Shown piece by piece: positions 8,036 to 17,968 of a DNA stretch of 64,000 nucleotides. Location of the stretch: IMG/VR virus record IMGVR_UViG_3300011215_000019, positions 1-64,000 of that record. The stretch is one strand, 5' to 3'. The translations under genes and the position numbers were made by a program. The DNA comes from an uncultured virus (IMG/VR IMGVR_UViG_3300011215_000019). Taxonomy: Duplodnaviria; Heunggongvirae; Uroviricota; Caudoviricetes. Position 1 is the first letter of the stretch. Each line of letters starts with the position of its first letter. The notes beneath the pieces were generated by a model that was not told the origin of the DNA, did no database searches, and saw nothing but the letters and a program-made list of their open reading frames with translations.

Positions 8036-8263
8036 ATGAGTGCTTCTGAAATTGAAATTGAGTCCGAGCTGGCCCCGTTGGCAACAGCGCTTATCCAGCC
8101 TTGGAATGAAAACATGGAACGCGCCAAGAACGTCGAGGGCGAGCTTGAGTTGACGGGCGTTGTAAATGCTCTGTTGGATCAGAATCGCTCACTAATCCTA
8201 ACTATCGGGCAGTTGGAACGCGCCTTGAATCGTCTCGCTGGCGAAGTGGTCACCAACAAGTAA
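8036..8263 (+). CDS. Small counter-oriented moron, coiled-coil, 75 aa
   Basis: Only + strand gene inside the tail module; AGGTG RBS; hairpin 8268-8294 follows. Confidence 0.7.
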   Translation: MSASEIEIESELAPLATALIQPWNENMERAKNVEGELELTGVVNALLDQNRSLILTIGQLERALNRLAGEVVTNK

Positions 8264-8300
8264 GAGGCTGGCTGGCCGAGCAATTCGGCCAGCCACATCT

Positions 8301-8702
8301 TCACGCCGGATACTTTCGCGGGTAACTTCCCGCAAGCGAAAGATACTTACCTTGGTATGCGGCGACCATTGCTTCGTTACTCATGCCGAGACTGTACGCA
8401 GACATTGCCAACTGCCAGCCGCCCCGTGACTCATTTCCTTGCAACTCAACCAAGCACGACGGACCGCCAAGAATGAGCGCCGGTAAAGATATCGGTCGTA
8501 TCGCTTTCAACTTTTCCGGCAATGCACAAATGATGTGTGACGTTCCAATTTGTACTCGCCCGAATAATGTCACTGAGTTTTGCACTGCCATTCCTTGCAG
8601 TGACTGATGAAGTCCGGGAACAGCCCATCCGTTCAGTAGCTCAGGTTCCAAGTCCTGCCACGCTGGCAACCCGGGATATGGCTGATTAGGGATCAGGTTC
8701 AC
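8301..8702 (-). CDS. Tail-tip/receptor-binding-like small protein, paralog 3
   Basis: YP...WQDLEPELLNGW...LPEKLKA...GSYPR. Confidence 0.65.
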   Translation of the reverse strand: MNLIPNQPYPGLPAWQDLEPELLNGWAVPGLHQSLQGMAVQNSVTLFGRVQIGTSHIICALPEKLKAIRPISLPALILGGPSCLVELQGNESRGGWQLAMSAYSLGMSNEAMVAAYQGKYLSLAGSYPRKYPA

Positions 8703-8711
8703 GATGCCCTC

Positions 8712-9098
8712 CTAAGCGGGTGTTCCTCTTGGTGTTACGCCGGTTACGGTCATTTCACCTTTTCGATCCCAGCCTGGGATGACCGCCAACCCGTTAGAGT
8801 CAACGTATAGGCGCCCGGTAGAGCGTTGTGCGATGCAAAATGACGACCCGGCTTTGGTAAAGATCGCAATTGGCAAGTTCTGTGGCGGGCGTAGATTCTC
8901 CGGTATGGCTTCCATGAAAATGTTCGATGTTGAGTCGTCGCCAATGAGCCGCATCGACCAATAAAGCAAGTTTGGCGCCGCCGACAATCCGCATGTCTGG
9001 GTTCCCAATGAACGCCATCCGTTGATTAGGTATGGTCGAAGGTCAAACCATGGTGAGTTGTCGGGGTATGCAGTATTCAGTAACGCTAGTTCTGTCAT
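8712..9098 (-). CDS. Tail-tip/receptor-binding-like small protein, paralog 2
   Basis: YP...WFDLRPYLINGW...IPENLRP...GVTPR. Confidence 0.65.
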   Translation of the reverse strand: MTELALLNTAYPDNSPWFDLRPYLINGWRSLGTQTCGLSAAPNLLYWSMRLIGDDSTSNIFMEAIPENLRPPQNLPIAIFTKAGSSFCIAQRSTGRLYVDSNGLAVIPGWDRKGEMTVTGVTPRGTPA

Positions 9099-9472
9099 GC
9101 TGCCCTCCGCAAGGTTCTTGCTTCAAAACTCAGGGAACCAAAGGCATTGAGATTGACCGCATAGATCTGCATGAAACGGTATGTAGCGTTGAACTGGACC
9201 TGCGCCGCCGCCGCACCGTGCAGAGCCAGCCGGGCTGTTGACACTGGCGGCATCAGTTCCGCTGGCAGGTTCTGGAAGAAGTATCGATTCTCTCGGTCGA
9301 AGACCTGCGAAGTGTTCAACCGAATGTCCCACGACACATGGTTCGGCTCCACTGTGGCTATGACCGAACCTGGCTCGAAGGCTTGCACGCCGTTCACAAG
9401 GAACTGGCTAATGTCGTAGGTCGGATACCGAGCCGGATAACGCGTAGCCAGGATAGGCAGTTCAAGCGCCAT
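9095..9472 (-). CDS. Tail-tip/receptor-binding-like small protein, paralog 1
   Basis: YP...YDISQFLVNGV...LPAELMP...ARTLR. Confidence 0.65.
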   Translation of the reverse strand: MALELPILATRYPARYPTYDISQFLVNGVQAFEPGSVIATVEPNHVSWDIRLNTSQVFDRENRYFFQNLPAELMPPVSTARLALHGAAAAQVQFNATYRFMQIYAVNLNAFGSLSFEARTLRRAA

Positions 9473-10272
9473 TATTGGCTCACCTCCGATTTCGTGCCCA
9501 TCTTCGGGCGAGTCAAGCCGATACGGCCAGACGAAGCCGACGTATTTCCGACGATGACGAATGTTGGCCGGGCCGTGCGGGAAGCAGGAACGATGAAATC
9601 ATGCGCCACGGCATAACCCCACGTCGGCCACGGCGACAAAGTGAGCTCGGCATTAGAGCCTGTCACCGTCGCCCCGTTCATGTAGTCAACCCGCGGTCGA
9701 AGCGCCGTCACGCCCGCCACAGCCTCCGTCAGAACGTCCATTCGCCAGCCATAGGGGCGAGCCGCGGTATGAGTTGGAATGGAGTGCGGGAACGAAAACG
9801 CGACGTCGCCGACCGTTGAAAGCTTGGAAAGATCAATCCAGCTGATCCACCCATAATCAGGATCGAACTCCACCGACACCGCCAAATCATGAGCAGCTAC
9901 TAAGCCAGCCCATTTCTTCGATGCCGTCACGATCGACGCAACCGACGACACCGAAGCCTTACCGGCGAGCGCATCATTCAATCCAACGACCTCGGCCATA
10001 GGGTGCGTGTGCGTCGCAGGTGGGAAAATCATTGGTTTGCCTTCGATGTCTTCCCAACGAACGACCACGCTTCCACCTCCTGAATCCATTTCCGTGACGC
10101 CCGATATCCAAGGCAGTTCCGTGACGTGCGGAAGCCAGCCAGACACCGCCGCGCCAGGCTGAAACATCACATCAGTAATCTCGACGTTGGCAGAGACCGG
10201 TGCGCCTGAGGATTTGATGCGAAGTTTGATCTTCGCCGGGCGAGCATTCACCCGCAACATACCGCTAGGCAC
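9472..10272 (-). CDS. Tail fibre-like protein
   Basis: WEDIEGKP..FPPATHTHPMAEVVGLNDALAGK fibre motif. Confidence 0.75.
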   Translation of the reverse strand: MPSGMLRVNARPAKIKLRIKSSGAPVSANVEITDVMFQPGAAVSGWLPHVTELPWISGVTEMDSGGGSVVVRWEDIEGKPMIFPPATHTHPMAEVVGLNDALAGKASVSSVASIVTASKKWAGLVAAHDLAVSVEFDPDYGWISWIDLSKLSTVGDVAFSFPHSIPTHTAARPYGWRMDVLTEAVAGVTALRPRVDYMNGATVTGSNAELTLSPWPTWGYAVAHDFIVPASRTARPTFVIVGNTSASSGRIGLTRPKMGTKSEVSQ

Positions 10273-10281
10273 ACCAGCCTC

Positions 10282-12933
10282 CTAAACAAGGTCGATCTTG
10301 ATAACCTCAGTCGACCCATCTTCATAAGTGACTTCCGCTTCAGCCGTCACATTCGGAACCCAACCAGCCGGCCCGCCCGATGAAAGGTCGAAACTCAGCG
10401 CGTAAGCCGCCCGGTTATCAGGCTGCACGGTCTGTTCGATCCACCGTTCGCCCGCTCCGCTGAGCGCCACCGCGTAATCACCGGTCACTCCGCCCTCGAC
10501 GTGCTGAGCGCCGAAATGCGCCCAGTGCTCTAGAGCGTTGTCGAAGCGGCCATTCAGCAGCAGGTTGAACGGCACCAGGTCGAACGTTGCCACGCCGGAA
10601 CCCGTGTCCAGGGTGCCGGCATCATTCACATCATCCGACCCAGCTTCGCGCAATGTCGCCGACAACGTGATTTCGGAATCCTGCGGATTCACCACGTCGT
10701 ATTCGAGCCGCACGATACGTTGCGCGGTAGAGATACCCAGCTCGTTATCGACGACCGTCACCACATCGCCCACGCCGAAACGGTCAATTTGCGAGCCGGA
10801 TTGAACCGACAAATCACTGACCTTGACCTCATACGAATACTCGGGCCGGGCGCGCTTCGCCAGCATCACTTTGGCCATGTCGAGCATTGTGAATGGGGTC
10901 GTTCCCGACTTGAATTCGTAGGTTGCGACACGCACTTCATTCGTGAAGCTGAAATCGTCGATGTACGGCTTGCCGCCGTTCGCTGTGGCAATGGTTAGCC
11001 CGTCAGCATTCACGACATGCAAGCGCGTCACAAGAGACGTGGTGTCGGCGATTCGGCGCGCTTCGTTCAGGCCGCGGCCGTAGAAGAAGCCCACGCCCTG
11101 ATTGCGCCCCGACTGAGTAACTAGCGAAACCTTCTTCGCATTGTTGTCGAATACCAAGTCGCCGCCGTGGTTCTGCTGCACAGTGCGCAACAGCTCCAGC
11201 GGGTTCGTTTCGTTATGCTCGTAGGTTCGAAGCGTGGTCACGTTGGCGACGCCGACCGTCCAACCGGTTCCGGTCAGAGCGTGCGTCATGACTTCGCCCG
11301 CGGTGACCTGCTTCCACTCCTTCGCACTGAGCTTGCTGGCCGTCGCCAAATCGTAGAACTGCGCTTCGGCGTAAACGTCCAAGAAAATTTCGCCGCCCGA
11401 GCGTGAGGTTTCCACACGTCGAATCCGGTAGCGCTCCCCCGCCACCCCGATATAACGTTCATTCTGGATGATTGAGGCGTACTGGTGATTCGCTGGAATG
11501 GAGAACTCGAACTTGGATTCGCCGTTCACTTCATCCGTGACCAATGCGTCCGAAGGGTCAATGAGGACCGCTTCAGGCAAGTTCTCGCCCCAAAGGACGA
11601 TCGGCGAATGTGCCAACTCGGCAACGTCCGGTTCATCCCACTGACGCGGGCTCACCGTCACCGTGAACGACCGCGACACCGAACGATTCAGCTCGTCCGA
11701 AAGCGTCACCGTCACCAGGCCAGAACCCGTCTTGAATCCAGCGGCCACCGACATGATGCCATCGGTCACCGTGACGCTGGCCATCGCGGGCGCCTCGACC
11801 TTCCACGTCGGGGCGCTGAACGTGAAGAACTCCAAGGGCACATTCACAATGTCGCCCTGGTCAAGCTCCCGGTCAGCGATCGGCGCCAGCGTCGGCGGCG
11901 GCTCCACCGGCTCGACAACATCGAAACCGGTGAATGGTTGCCCCATGGCGACTGGCACCGTCCAACGCAACAGGCCGGTGAACGGTTCGGGCAGTTGCGC
12001 GCCGGTTTGCCAGGATGACCCGTTATCGGTCGACCAGTACGGAACCGCGCCAGCCGGGGCACCGATGACCACGGGGCGAGCTGTCCACGAGAGGCGCTCA
12101 GCACCCGTCGATAGTTCGCGGTTGGTTCCGTTGGCTGTGATGCCGGATTCGGTGACCGTGAAGTTGGTGCGGTTCGCGTTGAGCTGGCCGTCGGCCCACA
12201 GGCCCAGCGCCATCGAGTCAACGAATGATGCCAGATCGAATGTGCCGGTTGGGTGGGCAACAATCGCTTCGTCGAATACGCCAGTCGTCCAGACATTGCC
12301 GGTCGGCAACGCGTACACATCAAGGTCCGCGGTACAGGCCGCATTCGGAACGCCCGTGAACGTGCGCACCGGCCCCAACCAAGTCGATTTAGTCGCCTGA
12401 TTCACTGAGAACATGCGCGAAGTCTTCGCGGTCATGTCCAATAGCTGGCCCACGAACTGCCAGCCAGCCGTTTGCACCCACGGGTGATCCTCGAACTGAT
12501 CCAGGATCGCCACGCCAGCCGAGTTGTAAACCATGTGGCGGATGCGCCCCGAAGCGGCGGTCGCGAGGTAAGCCAGCGGGGTTCCGCCACGCGACGACAT
12601 GAGCGGGCTGTGCGCCATGACGTAGTTCTGCCGGGTCCACAACCCCATGAGCAGCTTGCCAGACGACGGCCAGAGGCCAGCGAAGTGCGGTAGCTTGAAC
12701 CCGCCCTTGTCGGTGGCCGGGTTCACGCTGTTCAGGCTCATTTGGTAGCCCCAAGCGCCCTGAACGAACCCATCGTTCGCGCCACCGACCACACGCGACC
12801 ACTTACGCGACGGCGTGACGGTATCGCTGTAGGTCAGACCAGAGTCGGGGGTGACGCGCTGCAGCGCCACAGGATTCAGGCCGGGGAATCCCAAAGGGAT
12901 TTCGCCCGACCAGGCGAACCGGTCATCGTACAT
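10282..12933 (-). CDS. Baseplate hub/tail spike (LamG-like and Ig-like N-terminus, prophage-tail endopeptidase-like domain)
   Basis: Follows Dit; DEVNGESKFEFSIP, DTTSLVTRL, GDVVTVVDNELGI; C-terminal NLLLNGRFD. Confidence 0.8.
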   Translation of the reverse strand: MYDDRFAWSGEIPLGFPGLNPVALQRVTPDSGLTYSDTVTPSRKWSRVVGGANDGFVQGAWGYQMSLNSVNPATDKGGFKLPHFAGLWPSSGKLLMGLWTRQNYVMAHSPLMSSRGGTPLAYLATAASGRIRHMVYNSAGVAILDQFEDHPWVQTAGWQFVGQLLDMTAKTSRMFSVNQATKSTWLGPVRTFTGVPNAACTADLDVYALPTGNVWTTGVFDEAIVAHPTGTFDLASFVDSMALGLWADGQLNANRTNFTVTESGITANGTNRELSTGAERLSWTARPVVIGAPAGAVPYWSTDNGSSWQTGAQLPEPFTGLLRWTVPVAMGQPFTGFDVVEPVEPPPTLAPIADRELDQGDIVNVPLEFFTFSAPTWKVEAPAMASVTVTDGIMSVAAGFKTGSGLVTVTLSDELNRSVSRSFTVTVSPRQWDEPDVAELAHSPIVLWGENLPEAVLIDPSDALVTDEVNGESKFEFSIPANHQYASIIQNERYIGVAGERYRIRRVETSRSGGEIFLDVYAEAQFYDLATASKLSAKEWKQVTAGEVMTHALTGTGWTVGVANVTTLRTYEHNETNPLELLRTVQQNHGGDLVFDNNAKKVSLVTQSGRNQGVGFFYGRGLNEARRIADTTSLVTRLHVVNADGLTIATANGGKPYIDDFSFTNEVRVATYEFKSGTTPFTMLDMAKVMLAKRARPEYSYEVKVSDLSVQSGSQIDRFGVGDVVTVVDNELGISTAQRIVRLEYDVVNPQDSEITLSATLREAGSDDVNDAGTLDTGSGVATFDLVPFNLLLNGRFDNALEHWAHFGAQHVEGGVTGDYAVALSGAGERWIEQTVQPDNRAAYALSFDLSSGGPAGWVPNVTAEAEVTYEDGSTEVIKIDLV

Positions 12934-12935
12934 TT

Positions 12936-13724
12936 TTAGACCCTCCGATTGTTCGGATACAGCACCGCGCCAGCAACGCCGACCCCGGACTTCTCAACGC
13001 TGACCGAAGTTGGCGTGCCCTGCATGAGCATGGGGCGGCGATAATGACTCATGAACGGCACCAACGAAGCCACGCGGGCACCGGATGCGTTCAACAGATA
13101 GAACTCGTATGTTTCCCAATCCAGCGATGCCCGCAACCCGCTGGCGATCCCGGCCTTGATTTCGAGCGTGAAGCTTCCGACCTTGACCGTAAACGGTGGC
13201 TGGCCGGCCGCATTCGTCGCCGGGAAAATCAGCTTCGGATAGGCCGACGTGTTGCCCCTGGAAAGAGTGAACAAGGTCGACCCGGTGAACGGCACCGACT
13301 GCGGCGTGACCTCGCGGGCCTCAGGCTTCCCGACCGTTTCGAAACTGACTTCAGCACGAAGATTGAACCCCGAACCACGTTGCCACCCGAAGCGTTCCCA
13401 CTTGATGCCAGAGGCCACCATGACGTTTTCCCACTGCCACAACGTATCGAACTCGACGACCAACGGACGCGGCCCCCGAGACGGATCAAGCAAGCCAACG
13501 AAATTGTCACGCCGCTGCGCAACCTCCGATGCCGAGACACCCGAAATGATCACGTCGAACGTGAATTCGGTGTACTCATTGGTTGCCCCATTAAACGTGC
13601 GTCCACCATGGCCCGGCGTCGTGGCGGTCTGAAGTTCCAGACCGTCGAGCGACGGCCACTCTTTCAAAGTGGCCGTCACCCCGGCGAGGCTAGCGGTATC
13701 AGTCGAACCATATTTGAAACTCAA
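12936..13724 (-). CDS. Distal tail protein (Dit)
   Basis: Directly after tape measure gene; size and MSFKYG...TPGHGG pattern. Confidence 0.8.
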   Translation of the reverse strand: MSFKYGSTDTASLAGVTATLKEWPSLDGLELQTATTPGHGGRTFNGATNEYTEFTFDVIISGVSASEVAQRRDNFVGLLDPSRGPRPLVVEFDTLWQWENVMVASGIKWERFGWQRGSGFNLRAEVSFETVGKPEAREVTPQSVPFTGSTLFTLSRGNTSAYPKLIFPATNAAGQPPFTVKVGSFTLEIKAGIASGLRASLDWETYEFYLLNASGARVASLVPFMSHYRRPMLMQGTPTSVSVEKSGVGVAGAVLYPNNRRV

Positions 13725-16700
13725 CGTGTCACCCCAGCCAACCTTGTTTGCCCCTGAGCTCGTGCGGTACGTGCCCCGCGAGTATGCAACTCCTGCGCGA
13801 GCTGCTTCACACGGCGGTCACTGTCCACAACCATGCGTTCAACAGCCACAAGCGGACCTTGCACCGTGAACCCGTCGCCAGGCGTAGCGCCAGCAACAGC
13901 CGGGGCCGTCGCCAGCGTCTGCGTAGCCGGGGGCGTAGTGTGCACCATCCCAGCCACCCGGTTATCAAGCGCGCCCTGCCCCTGATCAATACCAGCGATC
14001 ACACCAGCCGGAATATACGCGCCAACCTGATCACGGAACACGCGAGACGGCGAGTGAATACCCAGCGCCTTACGCGTAGCCTTGGTCAGCTTCGACGCGA
14101 GATTTTCCGCGGCCTTCTTCAGCTTCTTATCGTCGGATTCAAGCCCCTTGATAATGCCCTGCTGCGCGGCGATGCCCACACCAAAGAATTCTTCGGCGGC
14201 GACAGTGCCGAACCGCTTGGACGCTGATTCGAGGCCCTGCCAATCCTTCGCAAGATTGGACTGTTGCTTCTTCGTTCCCGACAAGATCGCATCGGCAACC
14301 TGGATGCCCTCGGTCGTACCGTATCCGGCGATTTCCTGAATCAGGCCCGGCGGAATGCCAGCCTTACCCAGTGCCGCCAGCTTCGAGGCGAATTGCTTGG
14401 CCTTAGCCGCCAGCGACTTCACACGGGAAGAAACCTCGGCAATGCTGAGTTTCTTTTTCTTCCCGTCCTTGTCCTCGGTCGGTTTCAAGTCCAATTCGCC
14501 CATGATGCGTTCGGCGTTCTGGTTGCGGTAGTCCACCATTTCATCGAGCCGCTTGTTAGCGGATTCGATGCGGTCAGCCATGACTTCGCGAGCTTTCGCC
14601 AAATCGGCCAGGGTTGCCGATCGGGTTTGCTTCGTGGCGTTCCGGGTCCAGTTACCCGCCTTGCTCAGCGAGTTGACCAGACGCTGAACGCCCTTCACAC
14701 CGCCGAACTCCCAAATGCCCGCGGTCGTCTTTGCCTGAGCATTCAACAACTGCTGCGCCTTGGACTGTGCCGCCTGGATCGTCTTGATGTTGCGCTTCGC
14801 GACCCGCTCGGCTTCAGCCTTCGACAGTGTGGGCAGCTTGTCTTTCTTGTTCGCGTTGAACTCGGCTCGCGCCGCCTTCTTCGCCGCTGCCCTCTGCTTT
14901 GGAGTTTTCAGCTTGTCAGCCTTGGCTAGAGCGGCATCGCGTTTCTTGGCCATGGCTTTGTTGTGCTTGGTGATTTCAGCGTTGGCCTTGGTGCGGTTGG
15001 CTTTCGCGTTGGCCGTCTCTTGTTTGACCGCCTTCTCGCCAGCCTTGGCCACGGCCTTGGACAGATCCTCGACCGCTTTCACGGCCTTGCCCTGATCGGC
15101 AGTCACGCCAGCAGCTAAGCCGCGGCTGATCTGCTTGCCAACCTCGTCACGGAAAACACGGGACGGCGAATGGATGCCGAGCAAGCGCTTAGCACCATCA
15201 ATCGCACCCTTGGCAACGCCAGTAATCGAATCGATGACATTCTTGGCCATACCCTTGATGCCGTCGATCATGCCCTGGATCATTTGCCGGCCGACCGTGC
15301 CGAGCTTTCCGGCAAGGCTCGAAAGGGAAGAAACAATCTTGCCCGGTAGTGCCTTGAAGAAGTTCACGACCGCCGAAATGCCTGTCGAAACAGCATTCTT
15401 GATGGCGCTCATGCCGCCCGTCACGATTCCCTTGACGGCATTCCATCCAGCGGAGAAGAAGTTACGGATGGCACCCATCGCGAACTGCACGACGCCGCGC
15501 ATGACAGCCATGGAACCTTGGACAATGGTCTGAATATTTCGCACCACACCGGATACGAATCCCTTGATAGCGCCCCAGACGTTCGTAAAAACGCCCTTGA
15601 TGCTACCGAGAACCGATGTGATGCCCTTCAGCATTTTTCCGACGAACCATAGCTGAATCAGATTCCAGACCGCCTGAACGGCACCGGAAACGATTTGCTT
15701 CAGTGATTCCCAGACCTGCGCCCAGTCGCCACGGAACAGCGCACCAACCAGTGAAATCACGCCAGTAATAACCTTGACGATCCCCTGCACCGCGCCGATC
15801 ACGTTGTTGACGATGCCTTGCACGATGCCAATAACAATCGGCATGAGCACCTGCAGCGCGGGAATCAGGATCGCTAGAATAACGTTCACGACTGGCATGA
15901 TGGCGCTCATGATCGAGGTGAAAGCCTCGGCTAGCAGAGGAAGGACGCTTGTAGCCAGCTGCGCAAAGATCGGGGCCAGCGCCGTTACCAACTGCGCGAC
16001 CAGCGGGGCGAAAGCCGAAACCAGCGTCGTCACTAACTGAATCACCACGGGCAGAACCGTAGAAATTAGCTGCGTGAATACCGGCACAATCGCCGTCATC
16101 AGAGTTTGAGCTAGCGGAAGGACCGCCGCAACGATCTGCCCGAATGCCTGGCCCAGTGTGCCCAGCATGGCCGCGATCTGAGGAAGAACCGGCAGCAGTG
16201 CTTGCATGATGATCGAAATTGGCGAAAACGACGTCGCGAACTCTATGATCTGCGGGATCAGCGGACCGATGACCGCGCCGATCTGAGTGAACACGGGCCC
16301 GAGAGCATCAAAGACTTGCCGAGCTACCAGGCCGATGCGTTCGAATACGCCGGCCAGCCCCGACGACGTTACGTCGTTGCCGCCGTCAGCGAAAGCCGCC
16401 TTCATAGCGGTTATTCCGCCCTGAACTTCGCGGACAGTCTTGCCGACTGCCGCGCCAACAGCCGCCATTGCCGTCACAATCTTGCTGTCGAACTTCGGGG
16501 ATTCACCGTCTGAGAAGGATTTCGTCATCTCAGTGAAGCCCGTGCCGATGTTCTCAAAGATCGGTTTCAACTTGGCGTTCAGGCCGTCGATGATCGGGAT
16601 TAGCTTGTTCGCGCCAACACGTGCCATTTCGAGAAACGGGGTCATGACGGTAGCGCCGATGCGTGAGCCTGCCGCCGACAAGTTCGCCATGGAACCACGG

Positions 16701-17398
16701 AAGGTCTTGCCCATTTCCTCGGCGACCGTTCCCGAAGCCTGGGTCATGGCTGCTTCGAATTCTTTGAATCCGATCTGGCCCTTCGAGGCCATCTTTTCGA
16801 CTTCAGCGCCGGTCTTGCCCAGTTGCTTCGCCAACGTTGCGGTAAGGGGGATGCCCTTTTCGTTGACCTGCGCCAGCACGTCGCCCTGTGCCTTGTTTGA
16901 GGTAGCAACCTTGTTGTAGATCGCACCCATTTCATCCATGCCCACGCCGGCCGAAGCGGCCGAGTTCGCCACGGATTTGAGCATTCGTTCAAGGTCTTGG
17001 CCGGGCTTGATGCCAGCGGCCACGGCACCCGCGGCGGTTGTCGCGGCTTCACCCAAGCCGAACGAAGTTCCGGACACTGACGCAAGCGCGTTATCCATGA
17101 TCTTGGAGACCGTTTTGGAATCGTTGCCCAAACCCTTTAGCTTGGCTTGAGCATCCTCGATATTCAGCGCACGGGCGACACCGCCCTTAGCCGCCAGGCC
17201 GACCGCGACAGCCGCGCCAATCGCACCGGCCTTCTTCACGACACCAGCGAACGCGCCACCGAACTTCTTACCCGAAGACTTGCCAGCCTTATCGCCAGCA
17301 GAATCGGCAGCACCGCCCAAATCGCGGTTGATCTGCTTGCCCATGCCCTGAGTTGAAGCCTGGATTTGCACGTAGGCAGTTGCGAGGTTCGTTGCCAC
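13721..17398 (-). CDS. Tape measure protein, 1225 aa
   Basis: LATAYVQI start, Ala/Gly-rich helical repeats, GIHSPSRVF twice. Confidence 0.95.
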   Translation of the reverse strand: MATNLATAYVQIQASTQGMGKQINRDLGGAADSAGDKAGKSSGKKFGGAFAGVVKKAGAIGAAVAVGLAAKGGVARALNIEDAQAKLKGLGNDSKTVSKIMDNALASVSGTSFGLGEAATTAAGAVAAGIKPGQDLERMLKSVANSAASAGVGMDEMGAIYNKVATSNKAQGDVLAQVNEKGIPLTATLAKQLGKTGAEVEKMASKGQIGFKEFEAAMTQASGTVAEEMGKTFRGSMANLSAAGSRIGATVMTPFLEMARVGANKLIPIIDGLNAKLKPIFENIGTGFTEMTKSFSDGESPKFDSKIVTAMAAVGAAVGKTVREVQGGITAMKAAFADGGNDVTSSGLAGVFERIGLVARQVFDALGPVFTQIGAVIGPLIPQIIEFATSFSPISIIMQALLPVLPQIAAMLGTLGQAFGQIVAAVLPLAQTLMTAIVPVFTQLISTVLPVVIQLVTTLVSAFAPLVAQLVTALAPIFAQLATSVLPLLAEAFTSIMSAIMPVVNVILAILIPALQVLMPIVIGIVQGIVNNVIGAVQGIVKVITGVISLVGALFRGDWAQVWESLKQIVSGAVQAVWNLIQLWFVGKMLKGITSVLGSIKGVFTNVWGAIKGFVSGVVRNIQTIVQGSMAVMRGVVQFAMGAIRNFFSAGWNAVKGIVTGGMSAIKNAVSTGISAVVNFFKALPGKIVSSLSSLAGKLGTVGRQMIQGMIDGIKGMAKNVIDSITGVAKGAIDGAKRLLGIHSPSRVFRDEVGKQISRGLAAGVTADQGKAVKAVEDLSKAVAKAGEKAVKQETANAKANRTKANAEITKHNKAMAKKRDAALAKADKLKTPKQRAAAKKAARAEFNANKKDKLPTLSKAEAERVAKRNIKTIQAAQSKAQQLLNAQAKTTAGIWEFGGVKGVQRLVNSLSKAGNWTRNATKQTRSATLADLAKAREVMADRIESANKRLDEMVDYRNQNAERIMGELDLKPTEDKDGKKKKLSIAEVSSRVKSLAAKAKQFASKLAALGKAGIPPGLIQEIAGYGTTEGIQVADAILSGTKKQQSNLAKDWQGLESASKRFGTVAAEEFFGVGIAAQQGIIKGLESDDKKLKKAAENLASKLTKATRKALGIHSPSRVFRDQVGAYIPAGVIAGIDQGQGALDNRVAGMVHTTPPATQTLATAPAVAGATPGDGFTVQGPLVAVERMVVDSDRRVKQLAQELHTRGARTARAQGQTRLAGVTR

Positions 17399-17482
17399 TC
17401 TTCGCCCCTTCCCGCCCTGATTCCGGGCGCAAAAATGGAGGGACTAGGCAAATCAATGCCCAGCCCCTCCAAGACCAGATAG

Positions 17483-17968
17483 TTAGCGGGAATTGCGGTT
17501 GAAATACGCGGCTTGCTTCGGCGTAACCCGAAGCATCCGACCATCACGCGCCCGATACTCAACAAGGCCGTCATCCGGCTTGCGGGCACGGCGCTCGGCC
17601 ATACGCTTCTGCATTTCCTTGATGGACACCGGCCGAGCCGTGAAGTTCTGCGATGATGTGTCTTCGAACCCAGGGCGCGGAATCGGCTTAGGTGGCTTCT
17701 TGCCCCGTTGCCCATCCTTGGTTTTCTGCCAGATCATCACACGCAGGTCGTCGACCTGCGCGGCGGCAAGCTGATTCGCCAACGTCCAACCGCCAGCAAC
17801 CGCCGTGAGAGTCACCGAGTTCTCCGGAAGGTAAACAACAAGGTCTGTCGCTTCGTTCAGCCCAAGCGCCCGTAGCTCCGCCATGCTCATGCCGTAGAAC
17901 CGGCGCACATCTGCTCTAACCTGCCCGCCATACTCCGACAGGAGATAGGCGAGCTTGGTTAGTTTGGG
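17483..17968 (-). CDS. Tail assembly chaperone, -1 frameshift extension (gpGT-like)
   Basis: -1 frame is open from the slippery site into ORF 17483-17908. Confidence 0.8.
   Translation of the reverse strand, partial: PKLTKLAYLLSEYGGQVRADVRRFYGMSMAELRALGLNEATDLVVYLPENSVTLTAVAGGWTLANQLAAAQVDDLRVMIWQKTKDGQRGKKPPKPIPRPGFEDTSSQNFTARPVSIKEMQKRMAERRARKPDDGLVEYRARDGRMLRVTPKQAAYFNRNSR

Noticed and set aside
8301..10272. Shufflon or diversity-generating retroelement in the tail genes
   Set aside because: No invertase, inverted crossover sites, reverse transcriptase or TR/VR pair seen
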